DNA from: Mobula hypostoma
Taxonomy: Eukaryota
Length of the DNA: 64,000 nt
Assembly (NCBI RefSeq): GCF_963921235.1
Contig: NC_086112.1
Location: 21,018,001-21,082,000 of the forward strand
Reading direction: 5' to 3'
The notes under the pieces were generated by a model, which saw only the letters and a list, made by a program, of their open reading frames with translations, made no database searches and was not told where the DNA came from. The position numbers were made by a program, and so were the translations under genes. Positions 63,828-64,000 of the stretch are shown in pieces; within the stretch, counting starts at the first letter, position 1, and every line of letters starts with the position of its first letter.

Positions 63828-64000
63828 TTGGCTTGCATGCCCAAATTCTCACAACATTTCTTCACAAAGGCAGTTAAATCTGCATTTAGCTCCTTGATCG
63901 AATCCATTTCAGGTTCAGAAAGGTCAGTAGCATGTTCCAGTAATACTCAAATGTCCATTTTTCATTTGCTGGTTATGTTGACCATAAAATGCTGAATAAT
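63828..64000 (-). pseudogene. Exon remnant A (runs off the window)
   Basis: Reads IIQHFMVNITSK*KMDI*VLLEHATDLSEPEMDSIKELNADLTAFVKKCCENLGMQA; donor CAA|GTAAAT, phase 2; two TGA stops. Confidence 0.55.

Larger units (their letters stand above)
7105..64000 (-). pseudogene. Unidentified multi-exon protein-coding gene remnant (probable unitary pseudogene); 5' end lies beyond the window
   Basis: Chain of about 9 exon remnants with AG/GT boundaries. Exons 39048-38752 (297 nt, phase 1-1), 37648-35278 (130 nt after TE removal, 1-2), 34344-33714 (107 nt after TE removal, 2-1), 19815-19572 (244 nt, 1-2) and 7159-7105 (2-stop) splice in register into one protein-like frame. It carries in-frame stops, frameshifts and TE insertions within exons. 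Confidence 0.7.

Overview
Repeat-dense vertebrate genomic DNA. The mix of CR1, Rex1/Babar, RTE, Penelope, Tc1, hAT and V-SINE elements suggests a cartilaginous fish, probably a batoid ray (inference). No intact host gene, rRNA, tRNA or CRISPR array was found, and there is one 154-N gap. Most ORF-track entries are LINE fragments or their antisense shadows; the only long intact ORF is the 3' part of a young CR1 ORF2 (28582-30651). The main hidden signal is an unidentified, dead multi-exon protein-coding gene on the minus strand, running from beyond 64000 to a stop at 7105. About nine exon remnants can be rebuilt with AG/GT splice sites. The last five join in exact reading phase, but only after a Penelope element (14-bp TSD) and a Tc1-like MITE (TA TSD) are excised from inside two exons. 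The rebuilt C-terminal region has a motif reminiscent of a ParB/sulfiredoxin-like fold (inference only). Other notable structures: minimal hammerhead ribozymes in Penelope repeats, a ~630-bp-arm Penelope palindrome, a ~0.9-kb inverted duplication, two SINEs sharing a tRNA head but with different tails, a solo LTR, and a Penelope-derived minisatellite. All reconstructions were done by eye, and repeat boundaries without a TSD are approximate.
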